Of a DNA stretch of 64,000 nt, positions 13,143 through 26,460 are shown piece by piece; within the stretch, counting starts at the first letter, position 1, and the number at the start of each line of letters is the position of its first letter. Location: positions 141,898,404-141,962,403 of the forward strand of contig NC_052156.1 in assembly GCF_902713615.1 (NCBI RefSeq). The letters run 5' to 3'. The position numbers were made by a program, and so were the translations under genes. Source of the stretch: Scyliorhinus canicula. Its lineage: Eukaryota. The notes under the pieces were generated by a model. It made no database searches. It saw nothing but the letters and a program-made list of their open reading frames with translations, and was not told the DNA's origin.

Positions 13143-13890
13143 TTGTTCAAACGGGCTTGTTGGGTGTTACACCAATGCAGTAATTACTAATTAGTAATTG
13201 CTGAGGCACACACCAGGGGAGGGCCAGTACTTCCACGGAGCATGAACTCTTGTTTACTCTCAGGATGACAGCATTCATCGTTCCAACATTGCCACTCTGC
13301 AAATGCTCTTGCTGTTATGGTCAGTCAGCCAGCCCATAATGCTGCCACCCATACCAAATTACAGTCTGAAGGTAGGCCTTATGAACCCAGAGCTGCTTGT
13401 GATTGTCCTGCAAGGCTATCTGTATTTCCCGCCAATGAAAGTCAGCAACATTCAACCAGCCACCCTGTAGCCACATGGGTGGTGACACATAGCAAACGAG
13501 GAAAGGGAATGGCATATGGGGGATGGTTGGGAATCAGATAGTGGAAAGCCAGTTGCATGTTTTTGCCTATTTAATTGTAATTACTGTTCATAATTTTACA
13601 AGCTTGGTGATTGTAGTCAATGTAGCTCAACCAAAACCATAGGTATTAATATAAAATCGAATTTCAGCTGTGTTGTGACCCGGGGTTAAGTGGGGATGGA
13701 ATTGACTGCGCACTAGCCTAGAGTGCCTGAACAATAGCAATAGCCAGTAAAAATGAATCGGCAATAAACATGTAAGTATTTGTGATCTCTTTAAATAGCC
13801 CTGGTGGGGTTGGGGTGCTGCTTCATGCTCCTGAACGTGTATTCAGTCTTGTGTGATTAAAAGATGGAATTTCACATGCCACACCTTAAA

Positions 13891-14227
13891 GGGTGGCATG
13901 GTGGCACAGCGGTTAGCACCTCTGCCTCACAGCTCCAGGGACCCGAGTTCAATTGTGGCCTCATGTGACTCTGTGTGGAGTTTGCACTTTTTCCCCGTGC
14001 CATTTGTGGGTTTCATCCGGGTGCTCCGGTTTCCTCCCACAGTCCAAAGGTGTGCAGGTTAGGTGAATTGGCCATGATCAATTGCCTCTTAGTGTCCAAA
14101 AGGTTAGGTTAGGTGGGATTACTGGGTTAAGGGGACCTGAGCCGAGGTAGAGTACCCTCTCAGAGGGTCGGTACAGACTCGATGGGCCGAATGGCCTCAT
14201 TCTACTCTGTAGTGATACAATGATTCT
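13891..14227 (+). mobile_element. HE1-like V-SINE, long form with CR1-type tail
   Basis: Head, V-domain and tail GACTCGATGGGCCGAATGGCCTC..CTGTA. Confidence 0.85.
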
Positions 14228-14559
14228 GTCTTGGCGTTTGGCATCGAATACTGCCTAATTGTCTTCCTATTCAAAGAGAGTTGACTACACATTTAAATCC
14301 TAAACACTGATTTAAGCCTTGATCTGCTTAATCCGCAGATCTCCAGCAGATACTCACTGAATGCAAACTAACACTCTGGCTAATATGGTGCCTTGTGCAC
14401 AGACACCAATTTGGAGGCTAACTGTAGTGCCCCAAAAATGGGGCATTTGTGCCGATTAATTCTAACTATGAGGCTGCAAATCTGATTATCACACTGTGGA
14501 CACAAACAATCCACCAAAACCACTATATAAAGTGTGTCACAATTTTAACAATAGATATG

Positions 14560-15176
14560 GGGCTGGATTCTCCAAAATGTCCCCCATGCCGGCGTAAAAA
14601 CGCTGGAGTTTCACTCCAGACTTCCCTGAAAAAAATAAAGAGCAATTCACTTACCTGCAGGGGCCTGGCAGGGACCCGGGGAGCTTCACGCAGCTTTGAC
14701 TGCGGATATGGGCCCCCCTGTGCTTCTGGTTCCAAGTCGACGCAGAGTGGCAGCCAATCGCGATGGCGGACCACGGACCAGGAAACAAGGTCCCACCGAT
14801 CTGCACCGCTCTGCTTAATCTGACCTGCCTGATTGCTGCCCCGGCCGCCCATAAGCTGCCCCCCGCCGGTGCTGGATCCACCTGCCCCCACCACCACAGC
14901 GGCCGTGGACTGAGTCTGCAGCCACTGCATGTGAGACCCGGCTGGCCAGCCGTGGTTAGAACCACGCCTTCGGGAACTCGGCTGGTCGGGACCAGAGTAT
15001 CACTGGGAAAGCCTCTGGAAATGGCCCCCCAGCCACGAGTCGTGATTCACGGTTAGTGATTCGCCGGGGAACGTAGAATTGCGGGAGTGGCGCCAGGCCC
15101 GATTCTCGCGTAAAAGTAGATTCTCCGCCCCCGCGCCAAACGCGATTTTGGCGCGAGGCTGCGGAGAATCCAGCCC
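14560..15176. mobile_element. Harbinger-type MITE
   Basis: Perfect 14-bp TIRs GGGCTGGATTCTCC / GGAGAATCCAGCCC. Confidence 0.8.
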
Positions 15177-15432
15177 ACATTTGTTGTTTTGGCATATGCT
15201 TGTAGAGATCAGGAATTTAAAAAGTTGCTTTCAAAATTTGTTAACACTTTAAGTTGTTCTTTGTAAATTAAAATTAAAAATCTAGAGAAGAAATATAACT
15301 TATTTATTACTTACTAGAAAGAAAAGTTTTTTAAATTGCCGTTGGGCACATACTACCTCTGGCAACCCTTTGTCTTTCTCAAAATGTCATATGTTGTGAA
15401 TTCCTTTGGGAATTCCACTGGTTACACTAGAC

Positions 15433-18400
15433 CATAGAACAGTACAGCACAGTACAGGCCCTTCAGCCCACGATGTTGTGCCGACCATTTATCCTAATCT
15501 AAGATCAACCTAACCTACACCCCTTCAATTTACTGCTGTCCATGTGCCTGTCTAAGAGTTGCTTAAATGTCCCTAATGACTCTGACTCCACCACCTCTGC
15601 TGGCAATGAATTCCACACACCCACCACTCTCTGTGTGAAGAACCTACCTCTTACATCTCCCCTATACCTTCCTCCAATCACCTTAAAATTATGTCCCCTC
15701 GTGACAGCCATTTCCACCCTGGGGAAGTCTCTGGCTATCCATGCCTCTCATCACCTTGTTCACCTCTAACAAGTCACCTCTCTTCCTTCTTTGCTCTAGT
15801 GAGAAAAGCCCCAGCTCCCTCAACCTTTCTTCATAAGACATGCCCTCCAGTCCAGGCAGCATCCTGGTAAATCTCCTCTTTACCCTCTCCAAAGCATCCA
15901 CAGCCTTCCTATAATGAGGCGACCAGAACTGGACACAATATTCCTAGTGTGGTCTAACTAGGGTTTTATAAAGCTGCGGCAAAACCTCGCGGCTCTTAAA
16001 CTCAATCCCCCGTTAATGAAAGCCAACACATCATATGCCGTCTTAACAACCCTATCAACCTGAATGGCAACTTTGAGGGTTCAAGATCCCTCTGTTCGTC
16101 CACACTTCCAAGAATCCTGCCTTTAACCCTGTATTCAGCATTCAAATTCGACCTTCCAAAATGAATCATTTCACATTTATCAAGGTTGAACTCCATCTGC
16201 CACTTCTCAGCCCAGCTCTGCATCCTGTCAATGTCCTGTTGTAACCTGCAACAAACCTCAACACTATCTACAACTCCCCCAACCTTCGTATCATCGGCAA
16301 ACTTACTAACCCACCCTTCCACTTCCTCATCCAAGTCATTTATAAAACCACAAAGAGCAGAGGTCCCAGAACAGATCCTTGCGGGGCACCACTGGTCACC
16401 GACCTCCAGGCGGAATACTTTCCATCCACTACCACTTGCTGTCTTCTTTCAGCCAAATTTCCCTGTATCCCATGCCCCATAACTTTCCGAATGAGCCTAC
16501 CATGAGGAACCTTATCAAATGCCTTACTGAAATCCATACACACCACATCCACTGCCCAACCTTCATCAATGTGTCTCGTCACATCCTCAAAAGAATTCAA
16601 TGAGGCTTGTGAGACATGACCTGCCCCTCACAAAGCCATGCTGAATATCTTTAATCAAACTATGTTTTTCTAAATAATCATAAATCCTATCTCTCAGAAT
16701 CCTTTCCAATATTTTGCTCACCACAGACGTAAGACTGATGGGTCTGTAATTCCCAGGGATTCCCTATTCCTTTCTTGAACAGGGGAACAACATTTGCCTC
16801 CCTCCAATCATCCGGTACTACTCCAGTGGAGAGTGAGGACGCAAAGATCATCGGCAACAGCACAGCAATCTCCTCCCTCGCTTCTCATAGTAACCTTAGG
16901 TATATCCCGTCAGGCCCAGGGGACTTATCTCTTCTGATGCTTTTCAAAATTTCCAGCACATCCTCCTTCTTAATATCAACCTGTTCAAGTCTATTAACCT
17001 GGTTCACACTGTTCTCATGAGCAACAAGGTCCCTCTCTCTCGTGACTACTGAAGCAAAATATTCATTTAGGGCTTCCCCTACTTCCTCAGACTCTAGGCA
17101 TAAGTTCCCTCCACTATCCCTGATCATTCTCTTATTTCTCACATAAGTGTAGAACGCCTTGGGATTTCCCCTAATCCTTCCCACCAGGGCTTTTTCATGC
17201 CCCCTTCTAGCTCTCCTCAGTCCATTTTTTGAGTTCCTTCCTGGCTACCTTGTAACCCTCTAGAGCCGTGCAAGATCCTTGCTTCCTCAACCTTACGTAA
17301 GCTTCCTTCTTCCTCTTGATTCGAAGCTCCACTTCTCTTGTCATCCAAGGCTCCTTCACCTTACCATTCCTTCCTCGTCTCAGTGGGACAAAACTATTCA
17401 GCACTCGCAGCAAGTGCTCATTAAACAACCCCAACATTATTGTTGTGCATTTCCCCAAGAACAATTGTTACCACTTTATGCTCCTCAGCTCCTGTCTAAT
17501 GGCAGTATAATTTCCCCTTCCTCAATTAAATACCTTCCCATACTGTCTGTTCCTATCCCACTCCATGACTATGGAAAAGGTCAAGGAGTTATGGTCACTG
17601 TCACCAAAATGCTCTCCCACTGAGACATCTGACACCTGGCCTGGTTCGTTGCCCACTGCTAAGTCCAATATGGCCTTCCCCCCAGTCGGCCTTTCTACAT
17701 ATTGAGTCAGGAATCCTTCCTGTACACACCTGCCAAAATCTGCTCCATCCAAACCATTTGCACTAAGGAGGTTCCAGCCAATATTAGGGAAGTTGAAGTC
17801 ACCCATGACAACAATTCTGTTACTTCTGCACTTTTCCAAGATCTGCCGCCCAATCTGTTCCTCTATCTCTCTGCTGCTATTGGGGGGTCTGTAGAAAACT
17901 CCCAATAAAGTGACTGCTCCTTTCTTGTTTCTGACTTCCACCCATACTGACTCAGTAGACAAACCCTCCTCGACTACCTGCTTTTCTGCAGCTGTGGTGC
18001 ACTCTCTAATTAACAGTGCCACTCCCCCTTCTCTTTTACCTCCCTCCCTATTCTTCCGAAAACATTTAAACCCTGGAACACCTAACAACCATTCATGCCC
18101 CTGTGAAATCCATGTCTCTGTAATGGCCACAACATCGCAGTTCCAAATACTGATCCATGCTCTAAGTTCATCTCCCTTATTCCTGACACTCTTTGCATTG
18201 AAACAGACACACTTTAACCCATTCCACTGAGTGCAACTTTGCCCGATCAACTGTCTATCCTTCCTCATAGACTTGCTGCATACTATTTCTGCCTGTTCAA
18301 CAGCTACCCTATCCTCTGATCCATAGCTCTGGTTCCCATCCCCCTGCCAAACTAGTTTAAACCCTCCCAAAGAGCTCTAGCAAACCTCCCACCCAGGATA

Positions 18401-19120
18401 TCGGTGCCCCTCCAGTTTAGGTGCAATCCGTCCTTCATGTACAGGTCCCAACTTCCCCAGAAGATATCCCAATGATCCACATATCTGAAGCCTTCCCTCC
18501 TGCACCAGCCCTGTAGTCACGTGTTCAGCTCACTCGCTCTCTGTTCCTTGCCTCACTTGCATATGGCACCGGTTGCAATCCTGAGATCACTATCCTGAGC
18601 TTGTCCTGCTCTTTAGCTTCCAACCTAACTCCGTAAAATAACTTTTTAGATCCTCATCCCTTTTCTTAGCTATGTCATTGGTGCCTATGTGCACCACGAC
18701 ATCTGGTTGCTCACCCTCCCCCTTAAGAATCCTGCAGACTCGATCCGAGACATCCCTGACCCTGGCACCCGAGAGGCAACATACCTGCCAGGAGTCTCAT
18801 TCGCGACCACAGAATCTCCTATCCATTCCCCAAACCATTGAGTCTCCCATCACTATTGCTTTTCTATTCTCCCCCTTCCCTTCTGAGCCACAGAGCCAGG
18901 CTCAGCGCCAGAGACCTGGCCGCTAGGGCCTTCCCTCGGTAGGTCATCTCCCAACAGCATATAAAATGGTATACTTGTTTTGAAGGGGGCCACGAGGGAT
19001 CCCTGCACTGTCTGCCCGTTCGTTTTCTTTCCCCTGACTGTAACCCAGCTACTCTTGTCCTGTACCTTGGGTGTGGCTACCTCCCTGTAACTCTTCTCTA
19101 TCACCCCCTCTGCCTCCCCG
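15433..19120 (-). mobile_element. CR1 LINE with partial ORF1 (SGNH/GDSL esterase-like) and disrupted ORF2 (APE + RT)
   Basis: ORF1 motifs IVMGDS and VVVHIGTND. APE ORF 17522-18370 (CFNAKS, ITETW, YRPP, GDFN, SDHN). RT fragments DFSKAFDKVPH, PQGSVLGP, KFADD. CR1 3' end at 15433. Confidence 0.92.
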
Positions 19121-19310
19121 AATTGACTAATTGAGCAATCGCCAATGTACTCATGACAACCTTATAGAATGTTACAAGTATGAGGTTTATAAGATTGTTA
19201 CATTTTGGGACAAAGTCTTTAGGATAAAATGAATCAGGTCATTTGATCTATTCTGAAGTCTGCCGAACAAAAATAGGCCCAGGTGATGTGGCTGTTAAAG
19301 ATTAAAGGCA

Positions 19311-19422
19311 GGGCAGAACGGTGGCACAGTGGTTAGCACTGCTGCCCCACGGCGCTGAGGACCCAGGTTCGATTCCGGCCCCGTGCGTGTGAAGTTTGCA
19401 CATTCTCCCCTTGTCTACATGG
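19311..19422 (+). mobile_element. HE1-like SINE, 5' fragment
   Basis: GGGCAGAACGGTGGCACAGTGGTTAGCACTGC..GGTTCGATTCC. Confidence 0.75.
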
Positions 19423-20200
19423 GTAAATGGCACAGAAATGACCATAGAACTTTCCATGGAATCATGTTACAATGCTCTTAAAAGTTAACTTACAGATGCA
19501 GTTGACCTTCAAGTAACCCTGGATACTCATTTTATAAAGGAGCTAATTACATTTAGCATCCTGCGGGCATGAGCTTTGCAGAATGGCTTGAAGGACAACA
19601 TTACATCACTCCGTCTCAGTTTCTCCCCAACAATTCAGCAAGTGGAAATAAGTGCAAAGTAGACAGTAGGCAAAGATTCCACATAATCCAGAATGCAATA
19701 TCAGTAACTGAATACAAAATCTGTATATATCTGTTCACATTTTTAGAGCCTGTTAATCTATTGTGAAAAGATAAACCGTTTTTGGTCGATCTCTGTGAGT
19801 TACACACATCCTGGATCTTAGACCACTCAGTGGGCAACTTAGTTCCAGGACATTTGGAAAGAAATACGAGTAAATACCCAGGACACAGGTGAAAGTGGTT
19901 CCATGGAGATGCCCGCACCCTACCAATTTTTACTCGCTCCAATAGAGACATCCTTAGTCATCACTAAGTGTATTTCAGCTGCAACTCAATTATGATTTTT
20001 TTTTAAAAGGGAGAAAATCAATTTTTGTCTCGTTAGACTATAAGTGATTCAAGATATCTGCCATCAATCCGTTTGTGGATTATGAAATAATTCAGTAGAA
20101 TTTATTTTCTCTCTAAAACGTTTAAAATATTCTGGTCTAACTGAAATCTTATGGCAATGATCAGTTTCAGCACAGGCCAAAAGGCAGTGCCCTGAATCTT

Positions 20201-20738
20201 GGGGCGATTCTCCGAGCCCTGCGCTGGGCCGGAGAATCAGAGAAACCGTGCCCCGACGCCCCAACGCCAGCACACAATTCTCCGAGGTGCGGAGAATCGG
20301 CACCATTTGCACCGGCGCGTTTGGCGCGCCGCTGGAATCAGCGGGGCCGCCGATTCTCTGGCCTGGATGGGCCGAGCGGCCGCTCCAACATGACAGAGTC
20401 CCGCTGACGCCGTTCACCCCTGGTCTCTGCCGGTGGGAACGCTCGGGGGGGGGGGGGGGGGGGGGGAGGGCTGTGGGGAGGGGAGGGGGGGCTCCTTCAC
20501 CCGGTGGGGGGGGCCTCCGATGGGGTCTGGCCCGCGATTGGGGCCCACTGATCGGTGGGCCTGCCTCACCCCCCCCGGGCCTACTTTCTGGCATGGCCGG
20601 CCCCTGAACACCGACCCCATGTTGGGTCGGGGCCGGCGCCCCCTGTGGGGGCCAGAACAGGTCGTGCCCGGGCCCTGTTCGCGCCATCGTGTTCACGACA
20701 CCGCGAACACTTGGCCACCACATCGGAGAATCGTCCCC
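20201..20738. mobile_element. Harbinger-type MITE with 3-bp TSD (CTT)
   Basis: TIRs GGGGCGATTCTCCGA / TCGGAGAATCGTCCCC. CTT at 20198-20200 and 20739-20741. Confidence 0.82.
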
Positions 20739-21089
20739 CTTGTTCTAGTCGGGTGCACGCAATCGGCGGGCCAGGAAGCAGACACAATTTGTGCTCCCAG
20801 CTGCGATCAGACCCCGACTTCACGCTAGCTGACAAATTAAATCAGCGGCCAGCGTGAAACACGGTCTGAGAGATTCAGTGGGCCTGAGGAGCGCGGGCCA
20901 GGCGATATGAGGGTGGGTATTTCCAGCAAGCCCCCTGCGGACTGACAGCTGCTGCGAGCTGCCTCCGGGGGTTGCTGGACTGTATAAATGAAGCGAACTG
21001 AAATACATGCGGCAAACTGTGTCCACGCTGCAAATCAATCACCCGACAGGAGGCTCACAGCACTTCAGCCCTCAAAACTCGTCTTTTAT

Positions 21090-21945
21090 GTTATTATCAC
21101 CACAGATAGGGTCAGACAGTCTGGTCGGACGCCCCCCTTGGTCTCCCTCTGCCTGGGCCTATAAATGGCAAGTTTTGCCAGGCCCAGGAGCAGGTTCACA
21201 AGAATGTACACCGCCTTCCCTGACCCTCTCCACACCAGGTGACCATAGATCAGGAATGTGAGGCTGAAGTGCAAACAAAGCTTCAACAAAAGATTTGTCA
21301 AAACACAAAAAAGGGATGCCGCCTATAACATGTAACATAGATGTGATCCACAGATTCCACAAGGCCGTAAAAATGGTAGGTTTCTTGGGAGTCCGTGAAA
21401 CGGTGCAATTGGTGATTGTACGGGACTGCTGCATGGAACACCCTCCACCCCAGGTCCCCAAGACTGTGGGGGAGGACTCCTCCAGACAGGAATCTCCAGT
21501 GGGGACCTCCACCGCCAGACAGCAATAAAGCACGCCATGGCATGTCCGGGCAACAGGCGAGGGTAAGGAGGTGACGGGTGTGCAGCAGCAGCTCGTACAT
21601 GAAACCCCTCCGTGCAGTGTGAAAAGGCACGCAGGGCATTTCCGCGAGGCAGCTAGGATTGTGGGGCATCAGCCCCCAAGGGAGGTGTCGGGGCTGGGGC
21701 CAATGTGGAATTCAATCCGGGGGCAGGGGTTCACCCAGACAGCCAAACAGGATACCACCGCACACCTGCGCGTCCTCTAGACTGTGAGTGCCATCGGGTC
21801 CGAGCACGACCGTTCTGAGGTCTCGGATGGCATTGGCCATGAGCCGGACGTCCACCGCCGCGCATTGTACTAACTCGTGGGGTGTTATCCAGCCCAGTCC
21901 TCCGCAATCCAGCACATCCCCGTTCCTGGTCACGTAAAATCGCCA
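21090..21945 (-). mobile_element. Tx1-type (L1 group) LINE ORF2 C-terminal fragment
   Basis: LGDLGWRVFHAAVPYN..FTDSQ..ESVDHIYVTC..LCLHFSLTFLIYG..LVNLLLGLAKLAI, typical of the Tx1 ORF2 zinc-knuckle region. Confidence 0.75.
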
Positions 21946-23358
21946 CTAATTGTCCATTTAATGGGTTTAATTGCCACTTAATTGTTGGCGGATGCGTTTC
22001 ACGCGCACATGCCGAATGACCAAACTGTTACATGTAAGTGCGATGTAGTCAGGTCACGAGCCTGGTGTCTCCTCCAGCAATTTTGCATGCTTCCGGGTCA
22101 GGTGCACACCTGCGCAATCTAAATTCTGACCAGGATGGCTTTTTTTAAACAACTGTTTGCTTGAAGCCAAAATAATCACTTCTGAATATATGCACTTCTA
22201 ATTTATTATTATCTGATTCCAACATACTCAATATGAAGCAAAGTATAATCCCCACAAGACTATTTTAAGGTATGAGTCAGAGATTGGTTGAAATTGCTAT
22301 TTATGAAGTGGTAATAACAGTAAATTAGGTTCTGGGCGAAACTCCACAATATTCACATGTTGTATTAAACGCTCATTTACTGCAATACAAATTCCTTTTG
22401 GAGCTTTCACAAAATATATTATCGCACATGGTGTGTCATACAGCGGTAGAATTCTTGCAGTGCTCTAAATGTTAATGTACAAGCCCCTCCCTCCTCTAGC
22501 ACACAATTGCACTGTTATAAAAAATAGCCTAGATTTTGCTGGAGCACAGCATCTCATTGTGTGCTCTGCTAGTAACTTCTTTCCCCCACCCCATTCAACT
22601 CAAACTACACAAAATTACCCTGTACGTTGCTGCAGTGGAGTTTGGGAATTTGGTGAACAATCTATCTCCTTAACCAATTTAAAGATTGAGAAAGAAAGCA
22701 ACAACCAAGAAAGAAAAATTGGATGAATGAAAACTAATAAGAAAAAGAATTACATTTTCAAACCACTAACAATATTTCATCTATCTGAAGCAATGAAACT
22801 CCACAGTTTAAATTGGACTTTCTCTGGGCTGGAGCGATTAAGCAGCATTGCAGGAACATTAATCTCCACAGAAATGTTACAGATGCTGTTAGGAAGCAAC
22901 CCAAACTGACATTAAATCTGAAAATGCAGCAACTTCATGGAAACTCAGGCATGGGCCCAATTTTAACTCAGTGCAAACAAGAGTTTGAGTGAGTTAGATT
23001 CTTGCCCATGTCGAGGTTGAGTGAGCTGCCAATTTGATGCTAATAGTGGAGTGGCAGAAATCATCCAGTTATTTGTGGTAATTCACAATTCCCTTCCTTG
23101 CCACAAGCTGTTAGATGACTTGCACATCAATAACTGCGTGTTATTTTGGCAGATAATCTGGCCCAATCTCTCACTTATCCAGTACATGTCAACATTAAAC
23201 CCTGGCCTAGCAACCATCCGGTATAACTATACGTTTCTAATATTATCCCAAGGTAGGATTACAAGCTACATAGGATATGCAGTCTTTTGGATATCAAAAA
23301 GCCAGAATACCTGTGTTCATTCACAAGACCAAAGTTCTCTCATTGAGTTATCATTTTG

Positions 23359-23787
23359 GGGCTGTATTCCCCCAGCCGTGTGTTTCTCAGCGCCATTCAC
23401 TGGTGGCGGAATTCTATTTATTTATTTACAAATTTAGAGTACCCAATTCATTTTTTTCCCAACTAAGGGACAATTTAGCATGGCTAATTCACTTACCCCT
23501 GCACACATTTTTGGGTTTGTTGGGGGTGAGACCCAAATTAGACACAGGGAAAATGTGCAAACTCCACACGGACAGTGGATCAGGGTCGGGATCGAACCCG
23601 GATCCTCGGCGCTGTGAGGCAGCAGTGCTAACCACTGCGCCACCCATTGGCAGCAGAATTCTCTAATCCCGCCGCATGTCAATGGGATTTCCCATTGAAG
23701 CCAACACACACCGCCAGGAAAGACGTGGGCGGAGGGATACTGCCGCGGGGAGGACAGAGAATCCCAACGGCTGGAGAATTCCGGCCC
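23359..23787. mobile_element. Small Harbinger-type MITE containing an HE1-like SINE (23416-23646, - strand)
   Basis: Ends GGGCTGTATTCCCCCAGCCG / CGGCTGGAGAATTCCGGCCC. The SINE is flanked by a degenerate TSD, TGGTGGCGGAATTCT / TGGCAGCAGAATTCT. Confidence 0.75.
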
Positions 23788-24818
23788 TGATGTTTTCCTC
23801 CAATCAGGTACAAATTCAAATATCACTCAGACTGTCAGAAAATTTGAATACAGTTAGTACAAGCAAACAATCAACCTCTCACAGTTTATCATTTACATTC
23901 AGATTGTAAAAAAACAGATACTCATGTTCTGACCAATGTGGGAAAGAAACACTTAACCATTTTGTTACTTAGAACCATCTCTTATTTTTGGCTGAATATT
24001 TAGAAATGCATTGAATCTGGTCGACTAACAATTTTCTCTGCCAGTTTTTTCCAGTCCTCTTCTGATGCCACAACTCCTTGGTTAATGTTTCCTGCACCTC
24101 TTCTAAATTATCGGTACTTGTACTGAGCTTTGACAGTGTCGATTGACAGAGTTGACATTTGGATGTAGGAGGCACCACAACTGAACCTGATCCTGTCTTG
24201 ACATTAACACGTGTAGCCTCACATTTCCACTAGGGGTCACTGAAGAGTGATCAGGAACAGCGACTTGCCCTTCCCTTGCTAACACGCACTGCAGCCTATT
24301 GTTGCATCCTTAGGTCTGTAAGGATGATCTGTTCATTGGATAAATTCACTGAGCGAATATTCCTTACCATAAGTCTCTCATATTTAAAATAAAATGTCAG
24401 CAACATTGGGACATCAGTGAGGAAGGCGCTTGTAACATTTAGTGCTGACTGCAGAACTGCCCTCAAAGCAGGTACCAGAGTCAACGCTAGTTCAGATAAC
24501 AACCAAAGAACTCTAAAGCATTTTCAGCAACAAAATTAATTTGATTAATTTTTGCTTATTCAAATAGAGTTAAACGGCTGTGCTTTAACCTTCAGAACCT
24601 AGATTTAAATTCAGTCCACATTGAATGGCTCAAAAATTCTCTCTTTGTTAAATTTAAGAGGGCCGTCTGAAATGAGTTTTCATAATCAGCGTGGGCTGGC
24701 AGCCCAAAGCTGCCTACATTTTAGCACAAATTGAAAATGTGATTTAGAAAGGCTGTAAGGATGATTTACGCAGAAACAGGGAAGAAGTGTCCAGTTTGTT
24801 TGACCCTCTAAGGATTTC

Positions 24819-25768
24819 TAATAATAATAATAATCTTTATTGTCACAAGTCGGCTTACATTAACAACGCAATGAAGTAACTGTGAAAAGCCCCTAGTCAC
24901 CACGGGCGGGATTCTCTGATCCTGAGGCTAAGTATTGACGGCGTCGTAAACGCCGTTGCGTTTCTTGACGGCATCAACATGGCCTCAGGAGGAGCAATTC
25001 TGACCCCTACAGGGGGCCAGCATGACACTGGAGCGACCCACGCCGTTCCAGCTTCCTATCCCCGGCGTCAGATGGGCGCCCAGGTCTGCGTGCATGTGCA
25101 GTGGCTCCCTTCTCCGCGCCGGCCTCGACGAACATGGCGTAGGGCTACAGGGGCTGGCGCGGAACAAAAGAGGCCCCCAGCCCGAAAGGCCGGCCCGCCG
25201 ATTGGTAGGCCCCGATCACAGGCCAGGCCACAGCAGAGGCCCCCCCAGGGTCGGACCCCCCTCTCCCCCGCACCAGGCTGCCCCCAGGTGCTGAGGTCCC
25301 GCCGGGTAAGTGCAGGTGTGGACGGCGCCGGCGGGAAACGGCTTTTTTAGCATGGCCGCTCAGCCCATCCTGGGCCGAGAATCGCCGGGGGGTGGGGCTT
25401 CGTAGAGCGGCCCCTGACCAGCGCCGCACCGGCACCGATTCTCCGCCCTCCGGAGAATCGGCGGACCGGTGTCGGGACGGCGTGGAGCGATTCGCGCCGG
25501 TCCCGGCGATTCTCCGGCTGGGCCCCGGGGTGAGAGAATCCCACTCCACATTTCGATACCTGTTTGGGTACATAGAGGGAGAATTCAGAATGTCCAAGTT
25601 ACCTAAAAGCATATCTTTCGGGACTTGTGGGAGAAATCGGAGCACCCGGAGGAAACCCACGGAGAGAATGCGCAGACTCCGCACAGACATTGACCCATGC
25701 CGGGAATCGAACCTAGGACTCTGGTGCTGTGAAGCCATAGCGCTAACTACTATGCTAACATGCTGCCC
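24819..25768 (-). mobile_element. V-SINE with an alternative (ATT)n-ending tail, split by a MITE
   Basis: HE1-type head and V-domain at about 25600-25768. Tail at 24819-24903 matches the tail of the short SINE family. Confidence 0.8.
24904..25546. mobile_element. Harbinger-type MITE with 3-bp TSD (CAC)
   Basis: TIRs GGGCGGGATTCTC / GAGAATCCCACTC. CAC duplicated at 24901-24903 and 25547-25549. Removing the insert restores the host SINE sequence. Confidence 0.88.
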
Positions 25769-26111
25769 ACGAGATCGGGTTTATTATTGTGTTACACATT
25801 ACAGACAGGTGGAATCTTCCTGTTGGTGCAAAGAAACAGCAGCTTTATTCCTACATCCAGCTGTGTTGCACCAGATCTTGCATCGCCTGACACAGACAAA
25901 ACTGACATCTTCATTCACTCCAAGAAGCATAAGAATCTGTGTTTTAATTTCTATTGAACACTAAAATTGTTAAGAAATACAATTAAACAAAACTGCACAA
26001 AGATGGCACCCCGTAATGAGTTTTAACAAGTTGGATGTACTGGTTTTATTATTTCTCCATTCACATGTAAATTTGTGTAATTTATAGTTATTGACTGTAT
26101 CCCAGAAACCT

Positions 26112-26460
26112 GGGGTGGAATTCTCCGAGCCTCCGTGCCGCAATCGCGATCGGCGCCAGGGCGGAGAATGGGCGTTGACGCCGAAAACCGGTGCAACCAG
26201 TCCCTGAGTCCCTGGCGAATCGCCGCGAATCGCGCGCGCGGCGGTCTACGTGGCACGTATAGGGGGCCATTGACAGAGCCCCCCCCCCCACTATTCACTG
26301 ACGAAAACTGGTTGAGTTCCCGACGGTGACCACCGGCATTCAGTCCACGGCCGCCCTGGTGGGGGGGGGGGGGGATCCTTCTTCAGGAAAATCCAGAGTG
26401 AAACGCCCGCATTTTGACGTTGGAGTGGGGACATAGCCCCATTATTGGAGAATCTTCTTT
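26112..26460. mobile_element. Harbinger-type MITE, internally deleted
   Basis: GGGTGGAATTCTCC left end, degenerate GGAGAATC right end, CpG-rich. Confidence 0.7.

Larger units (their letters stand above)
12320..13520 (+). mobile_element. Degenerate Harbinger Myb/SANT-like gene relic, interrupted by SINEs
   Basis: Frameshifted reading APKFLDAALE/ILGEEVQRRRDV..CNEIAAAVNARNLQRCKKK/..DLTEVIK parallels the 35113 Myb ORF. Segment 13362-13415 resembles 45108-45161. Confidence 0.65.

Noticed and set aside
19616-19951. 111-aa - strand ORF in apparently unique sequence
   Set aside because: No recognisable homology and no convincing splice boundaries.
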